A stretch of 63,690 bases of DNA, the filler included, from Octopus bimaculoides (taxonomy: Eukaryota), in assembly GCF_001194135.2 (NCBI RefSeq). It is 4 parts of 4 records of this genome, joined end to end, with 100 filler letters (N's around TTAATTAATTAA, not from the genome) between each part and the next. Parts side by side here need not be neighbours in the genome. Positions count along the whole stretch, not along the records: positions 1 to 23,809 come from NC_068986.1; positions 23,910 to 55,095 come from NC_069003.1; 2 more parts are not named here. One strand, 5' to 3'. The position numbers were made by a program, and so were the translations under genes. The notes under the pieces were generated by a model. The model was not told the origin of the DNA and did not search any database. It saw only the letters and a list, made by a program, of their open reading frames with translations. How positions within the stretch are numbered: the first letter of the stretch is position 1; each line of letters begins with the position of its first letter. Of this stretch, positions 14,230-28,149 are shown piece by piece.

Positions 14230-14440
14230 TATAAAGCACGGTGTATTCACGATCAAAGTTGTTCGAAAACCGAGTTACGAGTATATACTTCTTTCAACTT
14301 GAGCAAAACACTTTATTTCACTTTGCTGCAGTCCACTCAGCTGGCAAAAATGAGGAACGCTGCGATGGCGTCCCGTCCAGTTGGAGAACACGTACGCCAT
14401 TGAAATGGGGAAAATGGTCCCATGATCCTGGCTATGCTTT
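14230..14440 (+). mobile_element. SINE family C (CORE-like) remnant
   Basis: CTTGAGCAAAACACTTTATTTCACTTTGCTGCAGTCCACTCAGCTGGCAAAAATGAG, shared with copies at 29.6, 41.5 and 57.8 kb; resembles the CORE motif CCTTGGGCAAGTCACTT. Confidence 0.65.
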
Positions 14441-14475
14441 AAAGGGCGAATTTATTATTATTATTACTATTATTA

Positions 14476-14558
<83 letters not shown>

Positions 14559-14897
14559 CACNNNNNNNNNNNNNNNNNNNNNNNNNNNNNNNNNNNNNNN
14601 NNNNNNNNNNNNNNNNNNNNNNNNNNNNNNNNNNNNNNNNNNNNNNNNNNNNNNNNNNNNNNNNNNNNNNNNNNNNNNNNNNNNNNNNNNNNNNNNNNNN
14701 NNNNNNNNNNNNNNNNNNNNNNNNNNNNNNNNNNNNNNNNNNNNNNNNNNNNNNNNNNNNNNNNNNNNNNNNNNNNNNNNNNNNNNNNNNNNNNNNNNNN
14801 NNNNNNNNNNNNNNNNNNNNNNNNNNNNNNNNNNNNNNNNNNNNNNNNNNNNNNNNNNNNNNNNNNNNNNNNNNNNNNNNNNNNNNNNNNNNNNNNN

Positions 14898-14942
<45 letters not shown>

Positions 14943-15562
14943 TGGGGGAGAGGGAGAGAGCGGGAGAGACAGAGAGAATGGGAGAAAATGATGTACACAT
15001 ATGATTACATGTGTGAGTGCGCGTGTGCGTACGTACATGTGTTAGATAATGGTGCAGTGTTCATATCTCCTACATGTATTTCGCTAATTCCCCATGCAGA
15101 ACACTTGCTCTCAAACTGCCAAGAGCATTTTTCTTGTTGCAATGCCAGATATTTATTCTCGAACAATGCTATTTATGCTAGGCATACTCCATTCGTTTTG
15201 CATTAAAATTATTAAAGGTGGAACACATGTTGAAAGATTTTTCTGTCATGTGCAAACATGCATGTATATTTATGTTAATTCATACTTGTTTGAAAATCCA
15301 TAGTAAAGCCGCTCGTGCATAATTATTTGCCTTTCAAAATAAACAAGCATAAAATTTGAATTGTGTAATCGAGTTCTCTAAGTATAAATCAAAATACCTA
15401 CATAATACCTGTAATTATGCAAGGTACAAGGTCCTTTTTTTAAATAAATCTGCAAGTTGCATTCATGCACACTTAAATGTAGACATATTTATATACATAC
15501 ATTTTACAGGAATATACATGTGGTTATGTTTATATATGCATATATTAATAGATATTTAGATT

Positions 15563-15609
<47 letters not shown>

Positions 15610-17024
15610 GTTTGTGTGCATGAGTGTGTGTTTATGCATATGTGTATATACTCGCCAGTATTTATGAATCAATAAATATATGTGTCTATGCATATACACA
15701 TGTGTGTGTGTGTGTGTGCGTATTAGTGCGTGTGCGTACTATTGATACGTACATACTTCGGTGAAGAACTGGAATATTTGGATCTCATTTTCGAAATAAG
15801 CGAACAAATATTCATTTTTGTAACATATCTGTTCTCCAGTTCCACAGAATTCATACACATATGTTCCCAGATTTTCATTCTTTATAAGAATATACATTGT
15901 GGATTCCACTATTTCTTGTATATAAAAACGTACATATTTACACACAAACGCGTGCGCTAGCACACAGAGGCGCGCGCACACACACAACTATACATGCATA
16001 TATATATATAAATATACTGTTGTGTCTTTGGAGAGTGTCATTCTCTTCTAGTGTCTTATAATTTAAGACACTGACCGGTGAAATTTCCACTCATTTCCTT
16101 TATTTTTCTAAACTTTTCCCTTTTCAATACTTGTTGACTCTGTCCGTTATTCACACTATAGTATATACACCAGGATTGAGTGACCATAAAAGGAAACGCT
16201 ACCGAAATACCTTATGATTCATTCCCCCTTCTCCCTAAATGTTCGGACACTTTTTATCTTAGGTTGGTTGATAAGCATGTCACGTGATCACACAAATATA
16301 GAAAGAACTTTAACAGACATAATTGAATAATCCCCGATGAAAAGCAAAATTGACATCCGCGGAATTTGAACTGAGAACATAAACACGGACGCAATGCGAT
16401 TAAAAATGTGCACAGCGTTTTCTGAAAATAAAAATATCTAATGATATTATATATTTTTATTTCTGTTCAATAATGATGACGATAGCATTAAGAACACTAA
16501 GAAACAAAATAACTTTCTAAACAGGAAATAAATTAGACAACATATAAAAAGCCAAACTGAATCAAGTCAACATATTAATCATCCGTTGAAGAGAAGCTTA
16601 CATTTTGCATATAACTTATTAAAACTTTGTCACCTAGATGCGCTCATGAAAAGTCAACGTTGATGCTACACGAGTCTCCAGTCGACAACAGAAAAACGAT
16701 GCTTTCAGTTATAAAATCGTCTACTACTTTACAAAATATTTCAAGACATTTTGTCACCGTGTCTTTTCAGGTCAACTCGACATTGGATTATTATTATAAT
16801 CTGCAGATAAATGATAGGGCGAAATAGGTTATTTATTCCGAATTTTGCTTGTGTACATATTTCCTCCTCGTATGTATTGCGCCTCAATTGGAATGTGAAT
16901 GGCATTCCATGAATCATATTTCCTTTCGGTTGCTGAGATAAAACACTTGATGTTTGATAGCTTTTCGCATGTTTACCTTCCTAGAAAACACGTCTCTATC
17001 TTTCTGTCTCTTTCTTTCTCTCTA

Positions 17025-17100
<76 letters not shown>

Positions 17101-17294
17101 TCTGTCTTTCACTTTCGCTTTCTATCTCTGTGCTTTTGTATATTTTTTTCTTCTTTGCACTCACTACCTATCTATATCTCCCAATCAATTTATTTACTCA
17201 TCATTCTCTGTGCATACTGATATATAACTGTGTGTGAGAACTCACAAACACGCACACACAAACACACACACACACACAAATACACACATATATA

Positions 17295-17326
<32 letters not shown>

Positions 17327-17336
17327 NNNNNNNNNN

Positions 17337-17373
<37 letters not shown>

Positions 17374-18203
17374 CATATACACCCTTGCATAGACGTGGGA
17401 ATGTACGGATGTGCGAGTATCGGGAATTGTTTGTTCAACTGGTATTCTATTTCTGAGATATAATGTCTCCGTGCAATGAAATTCATATGTGATTGATCGC
17501 GTCAGTCCGAGAGATAAAACAGTGTATAAATATATGGTTTACGTTCGGATTTATCTCTCAACGTAACGTCGTGTTATGTTAAATGCTGTAATTATGAATC
17601 AAATTCAGCACAATAAAATTAGAAAGTAACGTAAGAGAGCTGGAGAAGAAGATAAGAAATATAGGAAGAATAGGAAGAACAACGAAAGCAAAAGTTTATA
17701 TCAAAGAGTGAACGAACGTAAGTGATCTAGAAGCATTCAGATGTTTACTGAATGATAGAATATCGAATAAATTTTAAGTTAGTTTTTCTAAATATCAGTT
17801 TACTCAAGTAAAGTTGCTGCATACAGACCACGTATTAATTTGAAAGCAGATTGTGTTATCAATCTGAAGCTAATATATAGGAAAAGGAAATACTGGCGTA
17901 TCAGCAGTATAGAACTAATCTGGCTGTACGAATTAATTATATGACTGGTTTAAAATCTGTATTCCTGGTATTTCCCAAGTATCTGCGGTCTTTAATTTCC
18001 AAATCACAGACTTGTTTTTTCTCTTCCATTCTTCAAAGATCTAGCAAAATAAAAAGAATAGTTCAAGTCATATATTGTTAGCAAATATTTGCCTTTATCA
18101 AGGTTATTTAAATGACAAACATTTAATTGTCATTCATTGGTAGTTTCTGCTCGTCTCTGTCTAACGCTCTACCGAAAAAAAGGGTTAACATATATACCAC
18201 ACA

Positions 18204-18282
<79 letters not shown>

Positions 18283-18639
18283 CAAATAAAGAAACAAACA
18301 AAAATTACTTTGTAGACAGCCAGAAATAAATATTCAGATGATGTACTTATTATTGGCTATTATATTTTCTTCTTATGTCTACTTAATAGACATGCATTGC
18401 AGAAAGGCTTGTTGCATATTGCTAATACCATTCATTTCTTTGGAAAACAATTGCTATACAATTATTTCTTTATTTGCGATAGTGCAGATATATAATAGAT
18501 GGTTCTGTACAAGATAGAGACATACGTACTTAATATATATGTATAGAAGTAATATATATGTATATCTAATAAAAGAGAATTTGTGTAAATGCTAACATAA
18601 AGGATACAAGAATTGTCTTCTATGTGATCTATCTATCTA

Positions 18640-18795
18640 TGGTCGTGTAATATGAAGCTCGATTACCAATCACATGATTCTGGGTTCTGTCCCACTACAT
18701 CGAAACTTGGGCAAGAATTTTCTAATATAGCCTCCGGATAATCAAGGACTTGTACGTGGATTTGGTAGGCAAAAACCGAAAGGAGAACGTTGTAT
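18640..18795 (+). mobile_element. SINE family A copy
   Basis: GGGTTCTGTCCCACT...CTTGGGCAAG...TATAGCCTC...GGATTTGGTAG followed by (TA)n. Confidence 0.75.
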
Positions 18796-18838
18796 ATATA
18801 TATATATATATATATATTGTCGTAATCCCTTGTCTGAC

Positions 18839-18974
18839 TGTTATAACGTCCACTTTAGCGGTATAGTTAGTTTGAGAGAAACACGACTATCTATGACCGC
18901 TGACACTGGCTGGCAGTATCATAACGACCCTTGTCACGTGATTGGGGTGTACTCTTACTATTAGCCCCATAACA
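18839..18974 (-). mobile_element. 3' LTR (136 bp) of the Ty3/Gypsy element
   Basis: Minus strand begins TGTTAT and ends ATAACA (6-bp terminal inverted repeat). It lies immediately after a purine-rich tract AAGAAAAACTTAAAAGGTGAGA, downstream of the pol remnant. Confidence 0.6.
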
Positions 18975-19199
18975 TCTCACCTTTTAAGTTTTTCTTTTTA
19001 TTCTTAGGGAGTGTAATTTTATTTCTTCCAGTAGCATTAATCCTTTCTCCTGAAATTTTGGGGGAAGGGTCCAGTCGATTAGAACGTCCCAGTACGCATC
19101 TGGTACTTAATTTATCGGCCTCGAAATTATGAAAGGCAAAGGCAACCTCTTTAAATAGCATTAATAGCTATTTAAAGAGGTTGCCGCCCAGTTTTGAGT

Positions 19200-21170
19200 T
19201 TTTTATACACTTACATATTTAATTTTCTTTTTTCGTTTGACATTCATATCCAGGAATTCCGTGCATTTTATTTTCCTTAGGCATGGGCGTCTGGGTTCAA
19301 CTATTTGTCGTGACGTTTTACTTAAAAAAGTATTATATAACCATTCCATTGATTCTTCCATTCTCTTTGGAACTCTCTCAACGAATCTTTTCCTTTTTTT
19401 TTTTCGTTGTGTAACGCACTTCTGTCTTTTATCAAAAATAGCATTTTCCTTATGCGTTTGGTAATCATGCCTTCTTCTCAACTTTGTTTTTCGATCTTTT
19501 ATGACCTAACAAATACCTTTTCGCCAATTTTGTATTTCGATTGCAAATTTTCTTTTTTTTTTTTGTCTGTGTAGCAATTTGTTGAAGTTTGATTTTATTT
19601 TTCTGGGAAACATCAGTGCTGCTGGTGACATACCTGCTGGATTATTTGGATTTGGTGGCACGGTATACTCTTAAGTATTGGTTTAGAGCTACCTCATGCT
19701 TAACTTACTTATTCAACTTTCTTAGGGCTCCCTTGAGCATATCGCAAAGCTTTCTGCTTGTCCGTTAGATGTGGGATGGTATGGCACGTAGTTACATATT
19801 CTACAGCGAACGTTTCAGGTATTACTAGTCTCTCTGCGCATACACCAATACGCCATCACAAATTGATTATAGGTTTACGTCTTGGTTTCGTTTCGCACCA
19901 ATCCTGTTCCTATTTACACTTCTTGACCACAATATTCTTTCCATTTCTGTAATGAAGTTGTACTTTACTACATTCCGTTGTATATCTTCTAGGACTACCG
20001 GCAATTCGCGTATCACAATCCGCATTACGCTTTCCGTTTTCCCATCAGATCTTAAACCTGTCATAATCGTATTTTCGAATAGCTCGCCGTGTTTCAGTAT
20101 CAATCCCGAGAAACCATCCGCATACTACATTTTTTTTTGGCGGCAAATATTCCATTTTGTAATAATAATTCAATTATGTAATGCCCATCGCTGTAGTCAA
20201 TAGACTAGTGTGTTGCTATTCCCTTTTTAGAGCTGTACATTGACAGTAGTGGGTGATGATCCGTTTGTAGACTGAAACGTCTTCCATGAATAAATCTATG
20301 GAATTTTTTCACACCGAATATGATTGCTAACTTTTCCTTTTCTATCTGACTATATTTCCTTTCATCTGATAATAACAGCTGTGACACACGGGCTATAGCC
20401 ATTTTACTGCCATCGTCAAATTTGTGCTGAAGCACGGTTCCTGCACTGTGTTCACTCGCATTTGTAGTCAATATAATATACAAATTTTGATCAAAATATG
20501 GTAACGATTAGGCCAAAGTTAAATTGTCTTTAAGCACGGCAAATGCCTTCGGTCACTTATCAGTCCAGCACCACTTTGTATTTTTCTTTAACAAATCATT
20601 GAGCAGAGACCTTACATGACGTACATTGGGAATGTAAATTTGATAGTAATTTACTAAACCCAAGACAGCATTGTATATATTGCTTGCTGAAATATGGACG
20701 GAGTCACTTTTACACCGAAGGGAAGCCGCTTAAATTTAAATAAGCCGCGGTGTGTATTAATGCTTAATTAGTGTGATCAATCTTCTCTTAGGTTAGCAGA
20801 TATACCTCCGAGAGTTCTAATTTTGAGAATTTCCCTCCATTAAATTTTGCGCTCACTTCCACAGGACTCGGCAATGCGTAGTTATGTGAGATTAAGCTAT
20901 AATTTAACCCCATTCAAAAATCTGCGCAAGTTCTTAACTTATCATCTGACTTTTTACATAGAGTTTTGGTGCTCCCCAGATTGAGTCGACTTTCTTCTCG
21001 ATTATTCCTAGGGTTTTGAGTCTTTCAACGTCCTCTTTTACCTGTTCTATTGACGCGAACGATACATTCTGTTTTGGCTTCATTAAGGGAACTGAAAAAT
21101 GTTTTACTGCAATTTTTGATTTTCTTTTCGTGTAGCAGACCCGTTCATCCGAGAAAACACCTGGAAATAA
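19200..21170 (-). mobile_element. Ty3/Gypsy LTR retrotransposon pol remnant (RT, RNase H, integrase), degraded and internally deleted
   Basis: RT pieces FPGVFSDE, VERLKTLGIIE, THRGLFKFKRLPFGVKVTPSIFQQ, LGLVNYY; RNase H TNASEHSAGTVLQHKF...YSQIEKEKLAIIFGVKKFHRFIHGRRFSLQTDHHPLLS (ORF 20205-20483); integrase C-terminus GMSPAALMFPRKIKS. Order RT-RH-IN is Gypsy-like. Confidence 0.92.
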
Positions 21171-23500
21171 ATGTTTTATTTATTTATTTTTTTCATGTAT
21201 CAACCGAAAAGCTGTGTTAACAACAAACAATACGAGGACAAATATCCGTGAAATGTAAATAGTGTAAGTAATGTACATATATATTTGCCGTATTTATTTG
21301 GTCACGAACTCTCACATTACTCACATATTCACCTACAAAATGCAATCCCGTAACATCGTGTGCTACTTTGGTATATTTACTTAATTTTGAATTACCAAAC
21401 ACACTCACACAGATGGAGCGATGTATATATATGTATAGTTGTGCGACATATTCTATAATGTTCTTCCCTCTACTGGAGTTTTACTTGACTTAATTCAAAA
21501 TCAACTTCATTCAAGATCTTTTGTCTGTCCTGGACGTGCAACCTCGAAGTTCATGACATTGTTCTTGATTGCTGTCATTGCAAAATACTGTTGCTGGATC
21601 GGTCAAAATTGCTGACCCTCATTTTTTTGGGGGGGGGGGGAATTCATGTTATTTCATCCGATGTTAGTTGGCAAAATTGCTTCTGTTTTCTTTGTTCTTA
21701 AATCTCATAACCTTTTGCAATTGTTTGCTGTCCATTATGTAGTCACAATATGGCCATCATTCACATCCAGGTGTCGTTTGTTCATATCTTGCTTCATGGA
21801 AGAATGAACTCCTACTCTGTCGGTCTCCACACGTCAGCATGGCTTAGAATAGAATCAGCATCAGGGAGCTGTCTTCTATAAGGATCACCTTTACAGTCGA
21901 TGGATACTCGATTATATCCGAAATGACGTAAATCTGGGCATTTGAGTTAGTCACTCTAAGAAATGATTGGTGCTTAATGTTTAAACGAAGCTTGCAAATA
22001 ATATTGTCACAAATTGTTTAAATGAAGACCTTTACGCGAACTCAGAAAGGCATATGTTTACAAATATTGAATTCCCATTGAAAGATGTAATGTCGATATT
22101 TCGAACGCGCCTTTCATCGGTTGATCATAGACTTTCGGTTGATTGAGACCAGAGCATAACAGCAACACCAATAGTGGGTTCACTAACTGACGCAACTTCG
22201 ATCCAATAAGCTAATATCGTGCTTGTAAATGCATAGCATCGATGAAAAAACAGGAAAATAACAACTGAAAAGCACAATACTGAATTTTAAAAAAGGTTAA
22301 ACAAAGAACAGAAATGATAACGGTGTCCTAGTGATGGAAAGAATATATCTCCCCAGTCTGTATTACATTACCTTCAACTTAATTAACCTTAACAGTATCG
22401 TCAATAATAATGCATCAACCGTAAATTTTCAAACGTAGAGAAGATCAAGTTATATGAACTGTACTACATTCTACATAGATTGCACTTGAATTGATGGAAG
22501 AAGAATAAGGAATGTGGCTATGAACTGCTTTTAGAAAACTTGCGAAGGAATTAGAAGACATAGAGAAAAGGCTTCTTTGATAGTGTTCCTAGATTCAAAT
22601 GTGATTATAAGCTCATTACAATTCCTTAGTAATTTGGCCACCAGCCAAATCTCCTCATCCTTATCGTTATGAAGGTTATTGTCGACGTCCGCCTCTCCTT
22701 CGTCTTCCTCCTCTTCCCACTCCTCCTTCTCCTACACATTTCCCTTCCTATCATCATCACCCTCCCCATCAATTCATCACTGCATTTTTAAAATCAAATA
22801 TAAGGGTTTACAAACTGATGTTAATTAAATTGAAGATCAAAAGTACTGATGGCGACAATGATGATAGTAACATCCAGAAAGTTTCATCATACCGTTCAAC
22901 AGATATGAACACTGTACATAGGAGAATATTTCTCTAGAATTTAATCATTAAACTGTTCTTTATGTGACAACACAACAGCAATGTATTATCTACATATAAA
23001 AATGATGAATATTCATATACACAGGTATATATATNNNNNNNNNNNNNNNNNNNNNNNNNNNNNNNNNNNNNNNNNNNNNNNNNNNNNNNNNNNNNNNNNN
23101 NNNNNNNNNNNNNNNNNNNNNNNNNNNNNNNNNNNNNNNNNNNNNNNNNNNNNNNNNNNNNNNNNNNNNNNNNNNNNNNNNNNNNNNNNNNNNNNNNNNN
23201 NNNNNNNNNNNNNNNNNNNNNNNNNNNNNNNNNNNNNNNNNNNNNNNNNNNNNNNNNNNNNNNNNNNNNNNNNNNNNNNNNNNNNNNNNNNNNNNNNNNN
23301 NNNNNNNNNNNNNNNNNNNNNNNNNNNNNNNNNNNNNNNNNNNNNNNNNNNNNNNNNNNNNNNNNNNNNNNNNNNNNNNNNNNNNNNNNNNNNNNNNNNN
23401 NNNNNNNNNNNNNNNNNNNNNNNNNNNNNNNNNNNNNNNNNNNNNNNNNNNNNNNNNNNNNNNNNNNNNNTATATATATATATATATATATATATGCATA

Positions 23501-23667
23501 TATACGACGGGCTTCTTTCAGTTTCCGTCTACCAAATCCACTCACAAGGCTTTGGTCGACCCGAGGCTATAGTAGAAGACACTTGCCCAGGTGCCACGCA
23601 GTGGGACTGAAACCAGAAACATGTAGTTGGTAAGCAAGCTACTTACCACACAGCCACTCCTGCGCCT
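23501..23667 (-). mobile_element. SINE family A copy, young and CpG-intact
   Basis: Reverse strand AGGCGCAGGAGTGGCTGTGTGGTAAG (A box)...GGTTTCAGTCCCA (B box)...CCTGGGCAAGTGTCTTCTACTATAGCC...GAAAGAAGCCCGTCGTATA. Confidence 0.85.
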
Positions 23668-23809
23668 ACATATATATCTACATGTATACATACATACACA
23701 CGTATATACATATATACACATATATGCAGGCATATACATATATACATACATACATTCGCACACGTGTATTTGTTTACACATGCATACACATATCATCAGT
23801 AAATATATA

Positions 23810-23909
23810 NNNNNNNNNNNNNNNNNNNNNNNNNNNNNNNNNNNNNNNNNNNNTTAATTAATTAANNNNNNNNNNNNNNNNNNNNNNNNNNNNNNNNNNN
23901 NNNNNNNNN
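23810..23909. other. Artificial 100-bp scaffold join N44-TTAATTAATTAA-N44
   Basis: Exactly 44 N + 12-mer with stops in all six frames (23854-23865) + 44 N; identical structure at 55096-55195 and 58956-59055. Confidence 0.92.
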
Positions 23910-23946
<37 letters not shown>

Positions 23947-24539
23947 AACTGTAAAAGAAACGTGATTTTTTCAAATGTCATTTTTATATGGTAAACTCTG
24001 AAAATCTATTTTGGGGATGTAAGTGTAAATATTCCAAGACATGCTCCTCACCTATCTTTTCTCCTGTCAAAGCTTGTTCCTCCAGTGTTTGCCACATCAC
24101 CTCGTTATGGGTTAGCAGCCCTTACTGTTTATTTTCACTGTCCTGTTTTTGTTACCAACTATGACCCTCTGCAAATCCCAAATTATATTTTGCTTTGTGG
24201 GAGCAACTGTTTTCTTGAAAACACATCTTGTCGTAATTGCTTGAAATGTGGAGTAGATAAACTGCCAACAACTGATGAATGATCGTTCTTTATGTTACTT
24301 GACTTGTTTTCCATTTGTTTCTTTCGTTGTTTGCAAAAAAAGTTCGTATTCCATGTTTTTGTATTTCATATTTCATGTTGTTTACATTTTGTGATATCCT
24401 GTACCCATACATGCATATGTATATACATATATATGTAAGTATGTACATATATATGTATATATGCATATATATATGTGTGTGTGTGTGTGTGTGTATTATG
24501 TATGTATATATTATACAAGTATAATATATAAGAAAGAAA

Positions 24540-27117
24540 GAAAGGTCTGAAAGCTTAAGAATCCCTTGAATAGTCAGAGGTTTAGGGACTTCCTAACTGA
24601 TGTATTTGATGAGAAGGCAGAGGATTTATAGATAGAGAATTTACAGGTAGAGGATAACTGGAAATTCTTATGAGACAACTTACTGAGAGCCACAGACCAA
24701 GTTTGCGGGTGGTGTAAAGTCCCAACCAGACCTAGGATAGAACAATGTATTTGATGGCCATTAGAGCAAAGATCAGGCTTGAAAGGGCTGGAAGGGTGGC
24801 GGTAGCAAGGAGTTATATCTGGTAGCCAGAAGGGAAGCTAGGAAGTAGGTATACTTAGCCAGGGGATGAAGCAGAAAGGAAGAAGTTTGCCAATGTTCTG
24901 CAGCATGAGGACCAGTGCCTTGAAGTGTTTTGGTTTTGCAAGACTATGTCAGGAAAAAATTGTTATGCTGTAGGAGAGAGAAGTGTATTTGCTTAGATAG
25001 TGGTTCACTTGCAGTTAGTAGCTCTGCAAAGAAAGAGGTTTGGAGGTGCCACTATGAAAGGCTACTAAATGTAGAGAACTCATGGGAGGAGAGTCAGCCT
25101 AATGTTTATCCAGCAGAGGGACAAGCAATCTGAATAGATAGTAGCATTGTAGATAAAGCCAAGAAGGATATGAAGATGGTGAAAGCCCCAGGCCTATCAA
25201 GAATCCCTGCTGAGATGTTTAAAATATCTGGCAGTGTGGGTTATGGTCTAGTCACCCATATAGTTAATCAGTTGGTACATGAAAGAGTCATACCCAATCA
25301 CTGGTGTAGCAGCACCATAGTCAACTGCTACAAAGGTAAAGGTGATGCCTCAGATAGAAATAATTAGAGATATCAAGTTGTTGGATCAGGCGATGAAAGT
25401 CACAGAGAGGGTCATAGCCTAACTAATTAGGGAGAGAGTTAGTTTAGATGAGATGCAGTTTGGTTTTGTACCAGAGAGAAGCACCACTGATGATATATTT
25501 CAAAGCAGCTGCAGGAGAAGTACCTAGCCAAAGATAAACCAGGAATGCAGTCAGTAAGCTAAGGGTTGGAAATGAATACAGTGATGAATTCAAGGTACAA
25601 GTAGGGGTTCACCAAGGTTCAGTCCCCAGCCCACTCCTGTTCATCATAGTCCTCCAGGCAATAACAGAGGAATTTAAGACTGGAAGCTCCTCTATGCTGG
25701 TGACCTTGTTGTTATAGCTGAATCACTATCAGAACTAGAAAAGAAATTTCAGGAGTGGAAGCAAAATCTAGAATCAAAGGCCTTAGAGTTAACCTAGCAA
25801 AAACTAAAGTTTTCATAAGTAAGAAAGCAGACAAATCACAAATGCCTTCAGGTAGATGGCCCTGCTTGATCTGTAGGAAAGGCATAGGTAGAAATTCCAT
25901 AAGATGTACCTGGTGCAAGTTATGGACAAATAAGAGGTGTAGCAATATCAGAGGAAGGTTAACTGGAATTTTTTTCTTTTTTGTGCGGAAGGTACACAGG
26001 TACAATAAACACTACAAATGTATAGAAAAGAGACTCTATTAAATGCCAGATGGGTAAGCTAGAGGTAGTAGCTTCTATTATCTAGGTGATCAAGATAGTA
26101 GTGGAGGCGGATACTCTGAGAGCATAGCTGCAAGAATAAGTATAGGTTGGGCAGAATTCAGAGAGTCCCTACCTCTGTTGGCAACAAAGGACCTCTCCCT
26201 CTCTGAGTGAAAGGCAGACTGTAGGATGCCTGTGTGTGAACAGCTACATGGCAGTGAAACATGGGCTGTGACTGCTGAGGACATACATAGGCTTGTAAGA
26301 AATGAAGCTAGCATGCTTTGCTGGATGTGCAATGTCAGTGAGTATGTACAACAGAGTGTAAGCATCTTGGGAGAAACGTTATGCATAAGATGTATCAGAT
26401 TTGGCGTGCAAGAGAGATGACTGTGCTGGTATAGTCATATGATGTGTATGGATGAGGACAGCTGTGTAAAGAAGTGCTGATCTCTAACTGTGGAAGGAAC
26501 CTGTGGATGGATGAGGTAAACCCACGAAACATGGTACAAGATGGTGAAGCATAATCTTCGAATGTTGGATGTCATGGAGGCAATGAATAGTGACTGAGAC
26601 CTTTGGTGATATGCTGTGCTTGAGAAGACCTGTCAAGCCAAGTGAAATCATAGTTGTGGTCAATGCTGGTGTTATGTAACTGGCACCTGTGCTGCTGGAA
26701 TGTAAATAGGCTTCATGGAGGCAATGCAGCTGATGCTGGTGTTGCATAACTAACACCTGTGTTGGTGGCAAGTAAAAAGCACCTTTTGAGCATTGGTCCT
26801 CATGAAGGTAATGACAAATGACTGAGACCTTTGGCAACATGCCGTGCTTGAGTAGAGGACACATCAAGCCAAGTGAAATCACAGTTGTGGTAGATATTGG
26901 TGTCACACACCTGGCACCTGTGCTGGTGGCACATAAAAGCACCCATTACTCTCTTAGAGTGGTTGGCATTAGGAAGGGCATCCAGCCATAGAAACTATCC
27001 AAATCAGACTGGAGGCTAGTACAGCCCCTCAACTTACTAGCTCTGGTCAAACTGTCCAACCCATGCTAGTATGGACAAAAGATGTTAAATGATGATGATG
27101 ATGATGATGGTGATGGT
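24540..27117 (+). mobile_element. RTE-clade LINE, 5'-truncated and degraded (RT, C-terminal Cys/His region, 3' UTR, (GAT)n tail)
   Basis: KAPGLSRIPAEMFK, IPNHWCSSTIVNCYKGKGDASDRNN, EMQFGFVPERSTTD, VGVHQGSVPSPLLFIIVL, ELLYAGD (YADD-derived), GLRVNLAKTK, RWPCLICRKGIGRNSIRC; ends in GATGATGAT. Confidence 0.9.
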
Positions 27118-27443
27118 CGCCTGACTGCCAGTACCGCCTGACTGGCTCCTGTAGGATTTTCGAGCGAGATCGTTGCCAGTGCCCCTGGACTGGCTTGTGC
27201 GGGTGGCACATAAAAGACACCATTTCGAGCGTGGCCGTTTTCGTGCGGGTGACACGTAAAAGCACCCACTACACTCTCTGAGTGGTTGGCGTTAGGAAGG
27301 GCATCCAGCTGTAGAAACTCTGCCAAATCAGACTGGAGCCTGGTGTTGCCATCCGGTTTCACCAGTCCTCAGTCAAATCGTCCAACCCATGCTAGCATGG
27401 AAAGCGGACGTTAAACGATGATGATGATGATGATGATGATGAT
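27118..27443 (+). mobile_element. Young RTE-type 3' end (short truncated copy or partner SINE) inserted in the (GAT)n tail of the preceding LINE
   Basis: Repeats the GAGTGGTTGGCGTTAGGAAGGGCATCCAGC...GTCCAACCCATGCTAGCATGGAAA...GTTAAACGATGATG terminus also seen at 26955-27110, but retains many CpGs. Confidence 0.85.
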
Positions 27444-27734
27444 ATATATATATATATATATGTATATGTATATATATATATCTATATATATATATATACA
27501 TACATACATATAGTCGCAAAAAAAATCACGTAAAAGAATTGCCAGAAATAAGCACTGTAAAGAAAACTTGGGAATCCAAAAGTTCAGGATTGTGGATCAG
27601 GATTTGGCCCAGAATGTTTTTAATTTATTCATGGAGTCAGCCTGATTCCAAAATGGTATGATATGTTGAGCTACGGTCTCTAGGAGTAAAGTTGCACATT
27701 TATTATATTTCATTATATTATTTATATCATATTA

Positions 27735-27952
27735 AAGCAGCGAGTTGGCAGAATTGTTAGCACGCCAGGTAAAATACTTAGCAGTATTTTGTTTGCTGTT
27801 AGGTTTTGAGTTTGAATTCCGCTGAGGTCGATTTTGCCTTTCATCCTTTTGAGGTCGATAAAATTAGTACCAGTTACGTACAGGGGTTGATGTAATTGAC
27901 TTAATCCTTTCCCCCAAAATCTAAGGCCTTGTGCTTCAGTAGAAAGGATTTA
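27735..27952 (+). mobile_element. SINE family B (MetaSINE-like)
   Basis: tRNA-like head, then GAGGTCGATTTTGCCTTTCATCCTTTTGAGGTCGATAAAATTAGTACC, resembling the Meta domain as I recall it; many homologues in this window. Confidence 0.75.
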
Positions 27953-28046
27953 TTAAAGTTGTAAAAGTGTGACACACTGACATTCACATCTGTTATATTA
28001 GATCTGTTTAATTTTGGAGAAACTTTATTTTAATTAAAGTGTATTT

Positions 28047-28086
<40 letters not shown>

Positions 28087-28094
28087 TGTGTGTG

Positions 28095-28137
<43 letters not shown>

Positions 28138-28149
28138 NNNNNNNNNNTT

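Noticed and set aside
21215-21355. Candidate 5' LTR of the Gypsy element
   Set aside because: Similar termini and length to 18839-18974 but no internal alignment, and no recognisable primer-binding site follows.
23854-23865. TTAATTAA (PacI/piggyBac-like) site as a biological motif
   Set aside because: It is embedded symmetrically in N runs three times, which indicates an assembly spacer.
27345-27385. Antisense CTGAGGA-ctggt-GAAACCG in the young RTE tail as a hammerhead
   Set aside because: No stem II, no NUH site, and the motif is not conserved in the other tails (32.8 kb reads CTGAGAA).
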